Source: Candidatus Iainarchaeum sp. (lineage in GTDB: Archaea > Iainarchaeota > Iainarchaeia > Iainarchaeales > JAFCCJ01). From it: a DNA stretch of 24,635 nt. Position 1 is the stretch's first letter; every line of letters starts with the position of its first letter. The position numbers and the translations under genes are program-made. The stretch is from the NCBI GenBank assembly GCA_043816965.1, contig JBDRHK010000026.1, forward strand, positions 1 through 24,635. Reading direction: 5' to 3'. Below, piece after piece: positions 1 to 8,865 of the stretch. The notes beneath the pieces were generated by a model, which saw only the letters and a list, made by a program, of their open reading frames with translations, was not told the DNA's origin and did no database searches.

Positions 1-63
1 GGGAGCCATGCCTGCTCTTTTGAGCAGACGTTTAACTTTTTTAATGATTCTTCCCTCTTTCAT
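1..63 (-). CDS. 5' end of a gene running off the window (MKEGRIIKKVKRLLKRAGMAP...), possibly a DDE transposase
   Basis: ATG at 63-61 preceded by GGAGGTG RBS, and the frame is open to the window edge. The N-terminus resembles, from memory only, archaeal IS4/IS5-like transposase starts. Only 21 codons are visible. Confidence 0.4.
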   Translation of the reverse strand, partial: MKEGRIIKKVKRLLKRAGMAP

Positions 64-66
64 AGC

Positions 67-114
67 GGGAACACCTCCAACGTGTTCCCCCACCATTAGA
101 TGGTTGTTCAACCA
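67..114. repeat. Cluster of short inverted repeats upstream of the edge gene
   Basis: GGGAACAC(67-74)/GTGTTCCC(82-89) overlaps the RBS. Also ACCAT-TAG-ATGGT (92-104) and TGGTTG-TT-CAACCA (101-114). Confidence 0.7.
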
Positions 115-129
115 CCTATAAAGACATTT

Positions 130-492
130 TCAATGAAGCCTTCTGAGCTCAATGTTATTTATATTTCCTAGTAATGCTTTTTTTGCTTCGAGTAACACTC
201 TATGCGATATTCCTTTTGCATTTCTTTCAATTGCTTGCAATTTGAGTTCAATTTCTGCATCTTTGTACCAATCATCATACTCCTTGAAGGATTTTGGTTT
301 TTTCATTAATTCCTCCCCACGTTTCGTAACAAGATCTCTCAGTTTGTTGGCAGTCCATTTAGTATGCGGATTTGTTTCAAAATCAGAAAATGCATGTTCT
401 ATTTCCTTTATGGCGGATGTGATTTCTTTATTGCCTGTAATCTCCCTTCTAAGACGGTCTGCTATATCTCCAAAGGGGTCTGATTCAGCCAT
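130..492 (-). CDS. Hypothetical helical, charged protein (120 aa)
   Basis: ORF with GGTGGGTGA RBS-like sequence and a TATA-containing upstream block. No recognisable motif. Confidence 0.7.
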   Translation of the reverse strand: MAESDPFGDIADRLRREITGNKEITSAIKEIEHAFSDFETNPHTKWTANKLRDLVTKRGEELMKKPKSFKEYDDWYKDAEIELKLQAIERNAKGISHRVLLEAKKALLGNINNIELRRLH

Positions 493-502
493 TCACCCAC
501 CT

Positions 503-560
503 AACACTGTTAATTTCCTTGTAAATCCCTTATATAATCAATGCCGCACCGAATTATTAA
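503..560 (-). promoter_or_regulatory. Conserved upstream block, copy 1 (contains TTATATAA TATA box)
   Basis: 46/58 ungapped identity to 1131-1188 by hand count, with an exact 18-nt core TGTAAATCCCTTATATAA at 520-537. Confidence 0.8.
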
Positions 561-572
561 GGTTTTCCTAAA

Positions 573-1118
573 TCATTTAACTCTTCTGGCAAATCTCCCC
601 TTAGTCCAGTTCAATGCTCTGGTTGCGTGAAACCCGACAAATCCTTTCCTTGCATGTTTTACAATTTCCAAAAGTTCTGCATGTTGTTTTCCTCTAGGGG
701 TCTTAATATTCATATTTCTTTCAAGGAACACATTGGCTGCAGAAACAAAGCGTATATTTGGCTGGCCTTTGAGAATCTTGCGTTCCCCTCTTAAATATTT
801 AATAAGACGTCCTCTTTCATCAGGAGTTAAAGATCTTTCCTTTAATTTGGTTTCTGCGGGTTCTGCTTCAGGAGCCTCACTCATTTTGGCAGTATTTGCC
901 TCATCTCTTCGCCTTGCTTGATGTTGGGCAATGTCCTTATTCCTAATCTCTGTTAGAAACCAGTGGTCAAAAGCCTTTAATTCAGCACCTGAGAAATTTA
1001 CTCTTTCTTTTTGAAATTCAGATTCAATTGTTTCTGGATTCAGATTCGTGCCCATATTCCAGATTTCCTGACGAATTCTCCCCTTGGCTACGTCAAGTTC
1101 TTCATTACTTAATGCCAT
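573..1118 (-). CDS. Hypothetical charged protein (181 aa) with basic C-terminus
   Basis: ORF with ATG at 1118 behind a GAGGGG RBS and the same upstream block as 130-492. Confidence 0.75.
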   Translation of the reverse strand: MALSNEELDVAKGRIRQEIWNMGTNLNPETIESEFQKERVNFSGAELKAFDHWFLTEIRNKDIAQHQARRRDEANTAKMSEAPEAEPAETKLKERSLTPDERGRLIKYLRGERKILKGQPNIRFVSAANVFLERNMNIKTPRGKQHAELLEIVKHARKGFVGFHATRALNWTKGRFARRVK

Positions 1119-1130
1119 CAAAATCCCCTC

Positions 1131-1188
1131 AACACCGTTAATTATCCTGTAAATCCCTTATATAACCAATAATGCACTCAGATATTAA
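1131..1188 (-). promoter_or_regulatory. Conserved upstream block, copy 2
   Basis: Direct repeat of 503-560, exact core at 1148-1165. Confidence 0.8.
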
Positions 1189-1222
1189 AATATTACCCCT
1201 ATTTAATCCATACTGATTCTAA

Positions 1223-3778
1223 ATGAAGTCAGACAAGGAAGTAAAGAAGGAATTCAAGGAAAAGGCATCAAAAGAGCCTGAAAAGCATTATCCTGTTGAA
1301 ATGCTCAAAAATACAGGTTTCACCAGGATAAAATGCGAAAAATGCGGGAAATTTGCCTGGACTACTGATGCTGAGAGAAAGGTCTGCGGGGATGCTGCCT
1401 GCTCTGGCGGATACCAATTTATCGGAAACTCCCCAGCTAAAAAGCAGTTTGATTATTTGGAGAGTTGGGTCGCATTCAGGGATTTCTTTAAAGATTTAGG
1501 ATATTTGGAGGTTAAAAGATATCCTGTTGTCGCAAGATGGAGGGACGATGTTTATTGGGTTGCCGCCTCTGTCTATCCTTTCCAGCCTTATGTGGTCAGT
1601 GGCGAGGTAAAGCCCCCAAGCAATGCAGTTATTATCCCCCAGCCTTCATTGAGATTTAACGACATTGACAATGTCGGAATTACAGGCTCCCACTATGTAT
1701 GCTTTGACATGCTGGGGCAATTGCATTTTGAGAAAAAGGAGGACTACAAGCCAAACCTTTATTTTGAGGAATATTATAATTGGGTAAACAAGGGAATGGG
1801 AATTCCCAAAGATGAATTAATTCTCCACGAGGATGCCTGGGCAGGGGGAGGCACCTTTGGACCTTGCGTCGAATTCTTTTCCCGCGGCTGCGAAATCGGA
1901 AACCAGGTTTATATGCAGTATGAGGTTCAGGAAAAGGGCTATGATGAACTGAAAATAAAAGTTCTCGATATGGGCCAGGGCCATGAAAGAATCCCCTGGT
2001 TCACGCAGGGAAATTCAACTTCCTATGAAACTACATTCCCCACTGTTGTGAAAAAGCTGAAAGAAAGTGCGGGAATCCAGGCCGATGAAAAACTTATGAA
2101 AAAGTTCCTTCCATATTCTGCTTACTTGAATGTTGATGAGGTTGAGGATATTGAAAAAACCTGGGGCTTTGTTGCAAAAGAACTGGAGCTGGATGTCAAG
2201 GATCTTAAAGACAAGGTCCTGCCTCTTGCTGCGATTTACAGCATTGCCGAGCACAGCAGGGCTGCCCTATTTGGCCTTAATGACGGGGCACTCCCATCAA
2301 ATGTTGGCGGAGGCTATAATTTGAGAATTATCTTGCGAAGGGCTTTGGGTTTCATAGATTCCTATGGTTGGGATATGGATTTGGGGGAGTGCGCTGAACT
2401 GCATGCCAGCTATTTGAAACCGCTTTACGATGGTTTGCACGAAAATATCGAGGATGTAAAGTTAATCCTCGAGAGCGAGAAGAAAAAATATTTCGAGAAC
2501 AAAAAAAGGTCCATGCAGATTATTGCCCAGGTGGTAAAAAATAAAGTTGATGAAAAAAAGCTTATTGAATTATATGATTCCCACGGAATCAACCCTGACC
2601 ATATCAGGAAAGAAGCAAAATTAATCGGGAAAGAAATTTCAGTTCCCGAGGATTTTTACATAAAGGTTGCCGAAAGGCATGAAAAGTCAGAGACTACAAC
2701 CGCAACAGGGAAAAAGGAGAAAATTGATTTTGGTTTAGGTGAGGGGGCGGCAACTGAAAAACTCTACTGGACAGATTGGAGGTTTATTGAATTCAAGGGA
2801 AAGGTCCTTGCGGTTAAGGGCAGGCATATTGTCCTTGATAAAACCGCATTCTACCCCACAAGCGGCGGGCAATTGAATGACATTGGCTCATTGGGCGGGA
2901 ATGATGTTGTTGATGTTTTTGTGCAGGATAATTACATAGTCCATAAATTGAAGGACAAGGCCGATTTTAAGGTTGGAACTGAGATTGAGGGAAAAGTTGA
3001 TTTTGAGAGGAGAAAACAACTCACCCAGCACCACACCTGCACCCATCTGGTTAACCTTGCATGCCAGGAAATTTTAGGCCCGCACTGCTTCCAGGCAGGC
3101 GCCTCAAAAACACTTGACAAGGCAAGGCTGGATATAACGCACTATGAACAACTAAGCGATGAAAATTTGAAGGCCCTTGAGAAGAAGTCAAATGAATATG
3201 TGAAAACCAATATTTCTGTCAATAAGGAAATTCTTCCCAGGGCAGATGCCGAGAAAAAATACGGGATGAGAATTTATCAGGGAGGATTTATTCCCGGGAA
3301 AAAATTGAGAATTGTTTCTGTCGGGGATAAGGACCATGAGGCATGTGGCGGAACCCACCTAAATTCGACAAAGGAAACAGGCGGCATAAAAATAATAAAT
3401 TCCAGCAGGATTCAGGACGGGGTAATAAGGATTAACTTTGCCTGTGGAAAGGCCGCAGATAAGGAACAGGAAGGAAAAACAGGGCTAATGGCAGAAACCG
3501 TCGAGGCTTTTGGGGTTTCCCCCTCAAGGGTTCCTGGAATGGCAAAAGAATTGTTTGAGAAATGGAAAACAGCAAGAAAACTGGTGAAAAAGGGCAAGAA
3601 AACTGATGTAAATGAATTTGAGTTAAGCTCCTCTCAGGAAAGCAAGGGAAGTGAGGAAGAACTGCTGAAAGAAACAGCGGCAATCTTTTCCACACAGCCG
3701 GAACATGTCCCAAAAACCGCAAAAAGGTTCCTCACCGAACTGGAACAGTTCAGGGAAAAACTCAGGGGAATGAAATAG
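1223..3778 (+). CDS. alaS: Alanyl-tRNA synthetase, archaeal type, shortened C-terminus
   Basis: N-terminal CxxC...CGD..C, VVARWRDD, WAGGG, DMGQGHER. Editing domain has FYPTSGGQ, HHTCTH (HxxxH) and EACGGTH (CxxxH). Confidence 0.97.
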   Translation: MKSDKEVKKEFKEKASKEPEKHYPVEMLKNTGFTRIKCEKCGKFAWTTDAERKVCGDAACSGGYQFIGNSPAKKQFDYLESWVAFRDFFKDLGYLEVKRYPVVARWRDDVYWVAASVYPFQPYVVSGEVKPPSNAVIIPQPSLRFNDIDNVGITGSHYVCFDMLGQLHFEKKEDYKPNLYFEEYYNWVNKGMGIPKDELILHEDAWAGGGTFGPCVEFFSRGCEIGNQVYMQYEVQEKGYDELKIKVLDMGQGHERIPWFTQGNSTSYETTFPTVVKKLKESAGIQADEKLMKKFLPYSAYLNVDEVEDIEKTWGFVAKELELDVKDLKDKVLPLAAIYSIAEHSRAALFGLNDGALPSNVGGGYNLRIILRRALGFIDSYGWDMDLGECAELHASYLKPLYDGLHENIEDVKLILESEKKKYFENKKRSMQIIAQVVKNKVDEKKLIELYDSHGINPDHIRKEAKLIGKEISVPEDFYIKVAERHEKSETTTATGKKEKIDFGLGEGAATEKLYWTDWRFIEFKGKVLAVKGRHIVLDKTAFYPTSGGQLNDIGSLGGNDVVDVFVQDNYIVHKLKDKADFKVGTEIEGKVDFERRKQLTQHHTCTHLVNLACQEILGPHCFQAGASKTLDKARLDITHYEQLSDENLKALEKKSNEYVKTNISVNKEILPRADAEKKYGMRIYQGGFIPGKKLRIVSVGDKDHEACGGTHLNSTKETGGIKIINSSRIQDGVIRINFACGKAADKEQEGKTGLMAETVEAFGVSPSRVPGMAKELFEKWKTARKLVKKGKKTDVNEFELSSSQESKGSEEELLKETAAIFSTQPEHVPKTAKRFLTELEQFREKLRGMK

Positions 3779-3836
3779 TTTTCCATCCATAAACGCTTAT
3801 TTATTAACTTTTTCAGGGAAAATTCTTCTTGATACC

Positions 3837-4781
3837 ATGGAAAAAATCCTTGTGACAGGCGGGGCAGGCTTTATTGGCTCCACCCTTTGCGAAAAACTGC
3901 TTGATTCAGGCAAAGCAATTATCTGCCTGGACAATTTCAATGATTACTACTCCCCTGAGATTAAAAGAAACAACCTCAGTAACTGCCTTGAGAATGAAAA
4001 TTTCAAATTAATTAAGGCAGACATTAGGGAAAAGGAAAAACTTAGCGAAATTTTTGCAGGGGAGGAATTCGATAAAGTTGTCCACTTAGCAGCCCTTGCA
4101 GGTGTGAGGTACAGCATTGACAAGCCGCAGCTCTTTGAGGATGTCAATGTTAAGGGAACATTAAACCTCCTTGAGCTTGCCAAGGATAAAAACCTGAAGA
4201 ATTTTGTTTTCGCATCCTCATCCTCGGTTTACGGGGTGAGCAAAAAAATCCCATTTAAGGAGGACGATTCAGGAAACCCGATTTCCCCATATGGGAAAAC
4301 CAAGCAGAGCGGGGAGAAACTCTGCAGGGAGTACAGTGAAAAGCATGGCATGAACATCAGCTGCCTGCGCTTCTTTACAGTTTATGGCCCCCGCCAGAGA
4401 CCAGATATGGCAATCCACAAATTCACTGATTTAATTGAAAACGGAAAAGAAATCCCGCTTTTCGGCGACGGGAAATCGCAAAGGGATTACACTTATATAG
4501 ATGACATTGTTGCAGGAATTGCAGCAGCTGTTGATAAGGAATTCAAATTCGAAATTTTCAATTTAGGCAATAGCAAAACAGTTGAACTTAATTATTTGGT
4601 TTCCCTTATTGAAAAGGAACTGGGAAAGAAGGCGAAAATCAACCGCCTACCCAACCAGGAAGGGGATGTCCCAATCACATATGCGGACATTTCAAAATCA
4701 AGGGAGATGCTTGGCTTTAATCCAAAAACCCCAATCGAGGAAGGAATTGTAAAATTCGTGGAATGGTATATGGGAAAGTAA
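3837..4781 (+). CDS. NAD-dependent nucleotide-sugar epimerase/dehydratase (UDP-glucuronate 4-epimerase-like)
   Basis: TGGAGFIG, HLAALAGVRYS, ASSSSVYG, YGKTK (YxxxK), RFFTVYGPRQRPDMA. Confidence 0.93.
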   Translation: MEKILVTGGAGFIGSTLCEKLLDSGKAIICLDNFNDYYSPEIKRNNLSNCLENENFKLIKADIREKEKLSEIFAGEEFDKVVHLAALAGVRYSIDKPQLFEDVNVKGTLNLLELAKDKNLKNFVFASSSSVYGVSKKIPFKEDDSGNPISPYGKTKQSGEKLCREYSEKHGMNISCLRFFTVYGPRQRPDMAIHKFTDLIENGKEIPLFGDGKSQRDYTYIDDIVAGIAAAVDKEFKFEIFNLGNSKTVELNYLVSLIEKELGKKAKINRLPNQEGDVPITYADISKSREMLGFNPKTPIEEGIVKFVEWYMGK

Positions 4782-4831
4782 TTGATTTTCGCAAGATAAA
4801 GCCTTTTATACTCCATTAACTGATTCTTAAT

Positions 4832-5563
4832 ATGGCATTATTTGAGGAAGCTGTTCTGTCCAAAGAAAGAGTGAACGCCCTTGACAAATTTGTTAAGGGG
4901 ACAATAAGCACACTCCTCCAGCTTGCTGATGAGGCAGAAACCAAAAGGGAACAGGAACTCTATGAAAGGATGGCGAAAGAGGTATCCAAAATTAATCTCC
5001 TATTCTATGATAAGAAAGCATTGAAGTCAGAAGTGATGAAGAAAGATGGCAAGCTTTATGGTTATGCTGTTATGGGAGAGCATGTGACTAATTACTTGCT
5101 CGAAACAAAAGGGGACAAGAAGAAAATTCTGAAGCAGGAGTATATCAATATGCCAGCCGAGCATGTCTTCCATGGAAACCAAATTAGGGCGCAGGGAGCA
5201 CTCACTCTGTGGCACGAGTATGGCCATTTCCCAAAAAGCCATTTCAGGCGATATATTGAAAGATTGGGAATTCCTCCCTATGCCAGTGAGGAGGCAGGGG
5301 CAGATTTTCTTGCAGCAAAAGTCGCAAGGAGCCAAGGATTTAGTGAGGATTTGATTAAGGAACATTCAAAGGGCAGGGTTGGTGTTTTTGGGAGGTCCTT
5401 CCCCAGATACTGGAAGATTTTGGAAGGAATTGTTACCCCGACAGGAAAGGCGTTTAAAAAGGCAAAGAAACCAATCAAAACAATTTGGGAAAAAGCAAAG
5501 GAAAAGGCGAAAGAAATGAAGGAAAGGCCCAGGGGATTAAGGCCTGCCCACGCATGGCGCTGA
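4832..5563 (+). CDS. Hypothetical protein with zincin-like HExxH motif (possible metallopeptidase)
   Basis: LWHEYGH followed by EEAGADFLA. Upstream AAAGCCTTTTATA promoter. Lys/Arg-rich tail. Confidence 0.6.
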   Translation: MALFEEAVLSKERVNALDKFVKGTISTLLQLADEAETKREQELYERMAKEVSKINLLFYDKKALKSEVMKKDGKLYGYAVMGEHVTNYLLETKGDKKKILKQEYINMPAEHVFHGNQIRAQGALTLWHEYGHFPKSHFRRYIERLGIPPYASEEAGADFLAAKVARSQGFSEDLIKEHSKGRVGVFGRSFPRYWKILEGIVTPTGKAFKKAKKPIKTIWEKAKEKAKEMKERPRGLRPAHAWR

Positions 5564-5580
5564 GAAAGCCTTTAAATTAA
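5564..5580 (+). promoter_or_regulatory. BRE/TATA promoter of leuS (probably leaderless)
   Basis: GAAAGCC-TTTAAATT about 30 nt before ATG 5603. The same AAAGCCTTT motif occurs at ~4798 and ~23434. Confidence 0.65.
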
Positions 5581-5602
5581 TTCCCCCGAATAATCTCTAG
5601 TT

Positions 5603-8332
5603 ATGTCATTCAATCCAAAGAAGATTACCACCAAATGGCAGGTGAAGTGGGAAAAAGAAGGTATTTTCCGCACTAAGATGGACAAATCCAAGAAGAAATA
5701 CTATGTTTTGGAGATGTTTCCCTATCCCTCTGGCAAATTGCATATGGGGCATGTAAGGAATTACTCCCTTGGGGATGCCCTTGCACGCTATATGCGAATG
5801 AGGGGATTTAATGTCCTGTATCCGATGGGCTATGATGCCTTTGGGATGCCTGCGGAAAATGCAGCAATAGCCAATAAAACCCATCCCCAAAAATGGACAG
5901 AGCACACAATGTCCCTGATGAAGGCCCAGTCCAAACTTTTGGGAAACAGTTATGACTGGGACAGGGAGCTCGCATCCTGCTATCCTGAGTATTACAAATG
6001 GAACCAGCTGTTTTTCATCAAGTTTTTGGAGAAGGGCCTTGCCTACAGGAAAAAGGCACCTGTGAATTGGTGCGAGAGCTGCAAGACAGTCCTTGCAAAT
6101 GAGCAGGTTGAGAACGGCAAGTGCTGGAGATGTGACAATGATGTTGTGCAAAAGGAACTTGAACAGTGGTTTTTGAAAATTACAGATTATGCCGACCGCC
6201 TTCTTGAGGATATTGAAAAGCTCGAGGACTGGCCAGAAAAAGTAAAGACAATGCAGAAAAATTGGATCGGGAGGAGTGAAGGGGTTATTGAGAAATGGAA
6301 ACTCGAGGGCGAGGGCAGAGAACTGGAAACATTTACCACAATGCCGCACACAACATATGGTGCTTCATTTATGGTTATTGCCCCGGAACACCCTGTTGTT
6401 CTGGAACTTGTGAATGGAACCAAGTATGAGAATGGGGCAAAGGAGTTTATTGAGAAATGTTTGAAACTCAGGAAGGAAGACCCTGAAAATGCGGAAAAGT
6501 CAAAGGACGGCTTTTTCCTGGGAAAGTACGTAATTAACCATCTCAATGGGAGGAAAATGCCGCTCTATATTGCGAATTTTGCCCTAATGCATTATGGTAC
6601 CGGTATTGTCAAGTGCACCCCAACACATGACCAGCGTGATTTTGAGTTTGCGAAAAAATATGATTTGGGCTTTTACCCTGTTATCGATCCGCCAGGAAAA
6701 AAACTTGACCCAAAAATCATGAAAGAGGCATATACTGATTTATCTGTTGGAACCATGGTTGATGCCGGCAAGTTCACCGGAATGGATGCAGGAGAGGCCA
6801 AGAAAGCTGTGGCAGATTACACAGTAAAAACAGGGCATGGAAAGAAAACCATAAATTACAAAATCCGCGACTGGCTAATCTCAAGGCAGAGATATTGGGG
6901 AACCCCGATTCCTGTTATTTATTGTGACAAGTGCGGAATTGTTCCTGTCCCTGAAAAGGACCTCCCTGTTAAACTTCCCACAGATGTTGAATTCAAGGTC
7001 GGGGTTAACCCAATCCTGAGCTCTAAAAAATTCCTTGATGTTAAATGCCCAAAATGCGGGGAGTTAGGGAGAAGGGAAACCGACACAATGGACACATTTG
7101 TTGACTCTGCCTGGTATTTCATCAGGTTTATTTCCCCCAAGGAAAAATCCGCCCCTTTCAAGAAGGAAGAGGCAAATTTCTTCATGCCTGTTGACCAGTA
7201 CATAGGCGGAATTGAGCATGCAATTCTCCACCTCCTTTATGCAAGGTTCTGGACCAAAGCACTCAAGGATTTGGGCTATGTAAAAGTTGATGAGCCATTT
7301 AAGAGGCTGATGACTCAAGGGATGGTCCTCAAGGGCGGGGTAAAGATGTCCAAGAGCGCGGGAAATGTTATTGACCCTGGTGAATTGTTCGAGAAGTTCG
7401 GGCCTGACACAGTGAGATGGTTTATGCTGTTCTCCTCACTCCCTGAATCAGAAATTGAGTGGAGCGACAAGGGAATTGAATCCTCCCACAGGTTTTTGCA
7501 TAAGATTTATCGCCTGGTTGAGGACTCAAAGCCACTGATTGATCTGAAGGGCAATGCAAAGCCAAAAGAACAGAGGAACAAATTCATTTACTCAAAAACA
7601 AATTATGTTATTAAAAGGGCAAATGAACTGATTGGGAAATTCCATTTCAGCCCTGCCCTTATTGAGGTTGCCGGATTTGTTTCGGAAATTTCAAATTTCA
7701 GGGAGCTGGTCGGGAAAAATCCAACATCCGAGGGAAAGCAGGTTTTGGGCTATGCCATTAGAAATCTTGTCCTTCTCATTTCCCCCTTTGTGCCCCATCT
7801 TGGGGAGGAATTATGGGAAATGATTGGGGAAAAAGGATTTGTTTCCCTTGCGAAATTCCCCGAGGCTGATGAAAAGGCGATTGATTACAGGGCGATTGTT
7901 GCCCAGGAGATGGTTGAGCAGACAATTGCAGATGTCGCCAAAATTAGGGCTCTTGCAAAAATCGCAAAACCGAAAAAAGTAATCATCTATTCCCCCGCCC
8001 CCTGGAAGTGGATCGCGCTTGAAAAAATGCTTTCCTCAATCATGGAGAAGTTCGACTTTTCGGCGGCAATGAAGGCAGTGATGTCTGATTCAAAACTGAA
8101 AAAACATGGAAAGGAAATGCAGAAATTCGTAAAGGGAATCTCCGGGAAACTTATGGACTATAAGGGGAAGGAAAAGATTGATGAATTTAATGTCCTTAAA
8201 GATTCACTTCCACATCTAAAGGATTCTCTAGGTTGCGAAGTTCTGATTGAGAGGGAAGAGGAAACAAAAAACGACCCCGGGAAAAAGGCAGGCAATGCCC
8301 TCCCCCTAAAACCAGCAATCTATGTCGAGTAG
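5603..8332 (+). CDS. leuS: Leucyl-tRNA synthetase, bacterial-type core with archaeal-type C-terminus
   Basis: [14 protein letters not shown] (HIGH), [38 protein letters not shown], and C-terminal [11 protein letters not shown]. Confidence 0.97.
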   Translation: MSFNPKKITTKWQVKWEKEGIFRTKMDKSKKKYYVLEMFPYPSGKLHMGHVRNYSLGDALARYMRMRGFNVLYPMGYDAFGMPAENAAIANKTHPQKWTEHTMSLMKAQSKLLGNSYDWDRELASCYPEYYKWNQLFFIKFLEKGLAYRKKAPVNWCESCKTVLANEQVENGKCWRCDNDVVQKELEQWFLKITDYADRLLEDIEKLEDWPEKVKTMQKNWIGRSEGVIEKWKLEGEGRELETFTTMPHTTYGASFMVIAPEHPVVLELVNGTKYENGAKEFIEKCLKLRKEDPENAEKSKDGFFLGKYVINHLNGRKMPLYIANFALMHYGTGIVKCTPTHDQRDFEFAKKYDLGFYPVIDPPGKKLDPKIMKEAYTDLSVGTMVDAGKFTGMDAGEAKKAVADYTVKTGHGKKTINYKIRDWLISRQRYWGTPIPVIYCDKCGIVPVPEKDLPVKLPTDVEFKVGVNPILSSKKFLDVKCPKCGELGRRETDTMDTFVDSAWYFIRFISPKEKSAPFKKEEANFFMPVDQYIGGIEHAILHLLYARFWTKALKDLGYVKVDEPFKRLMTQGMVLKGGVKMSKSAGNVIDPGELFEKFGPDTVRWFMLFSSLPESEIEWSDKGIESSHRFLHKIYRLVEDSKPLIDLKGNAKPKEQRNKFIYSKTNYVIKRANELIGKFHFSPALIEVAGFVSEISNFRELVGKNPTSEGKQVLGYAIRNLVLLISPFVPHLGEELWEMIGEKGFVSLAKFPEADEKAIDYRAIVAQEMVEQTIADVAKIRALAKIAKPKKVIIYSPAPWKWIALEKMLSSIMEKFDFSAAMKAVMSDSKLKKHGKEMQKFVKGISGKLMDYKGKEKIDEFNVLKDSLPHLKDSLGCEVLIEREEETKNDPGKKAGNALPLKPAIYVE

Positions 8333-8335
8333 GGA

Positions 8336-8788
8336 TTACATTTTCCAGCTTCTTTTGAACGAGGATTTATTTCTCTTTGCGAAAATGTTGAAAATTATTA
8401 TAAGAATAATAATCGCGGGAAAAACAAAATTCCCCCAGCCCAAAAAAGGCAGGAAAAATATTATGAAAATAAATCCGAAAAACAGCAGGGCACTAAACAG
8501 CATTCCCACAATTTTTTTATTGACCTCCTGAATCTGGACATCGCTTGCCCCTGTGTTAATCTCTGTTTCACCTTCCTGAAGGATATCGAATTCTTCTGGG
8601 TCGAAAGCTGTCTCGAGATTTCCCCCAAACCTTCCATCATTCCTGTCAAACTGCTCCCTTTGCCCCCTTAGCAAATCCTCCTCCTGGAAGGAATCAGTAT
8701 TATGTGTTTTGAATTTTTTCTTTCCAGAGTCAGGCCTGTACTGGGTTTCCTCCTCAATTTCCCCAAAAAGCCAGCCCCATAAGCTCAT
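8336..8788 (-). CDS. Hypothetical membrane protein (acidic N-region, two C-terminal TM helices)
   Basis: Hydrophobic segments IVGMLFSALLFFGFIFIIFFLPFL and FVFPAIIILIIIFNIFA. Start is ATG 8788 or GTG 8794. Confidence 0.7.
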   Translation of the reverse strand: MSLWGWLFGEIEEETQYRPDSGKKKFKTHNTDSFQEEDLLRGQREQFDRNDGRFGGNLETAFDPEEFDILQEGETEINTGASDVQIQEVNKKIVGMLFSALLFFGFIFIIFFLPFLGWGNFVFPAIIILIIIFNIFAKRNKSSFKRSWKM

Positions 8789-8865
8789 TTTCACACATCC
8801 TTCGAATATCTTTAAATAAATTAGCCAATTCTAATTAATAAGATGTACTTTTTAGGGGGGATTTT

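Noticed and set aside
503..1188. CRISPR array or attC-type integron cassettes
   Set aside because: Only two imperfect copies ~630 bp apart, each containing a TATA box and lacking attC-like dyad symmetry. No cas or integrase gene is in the window.
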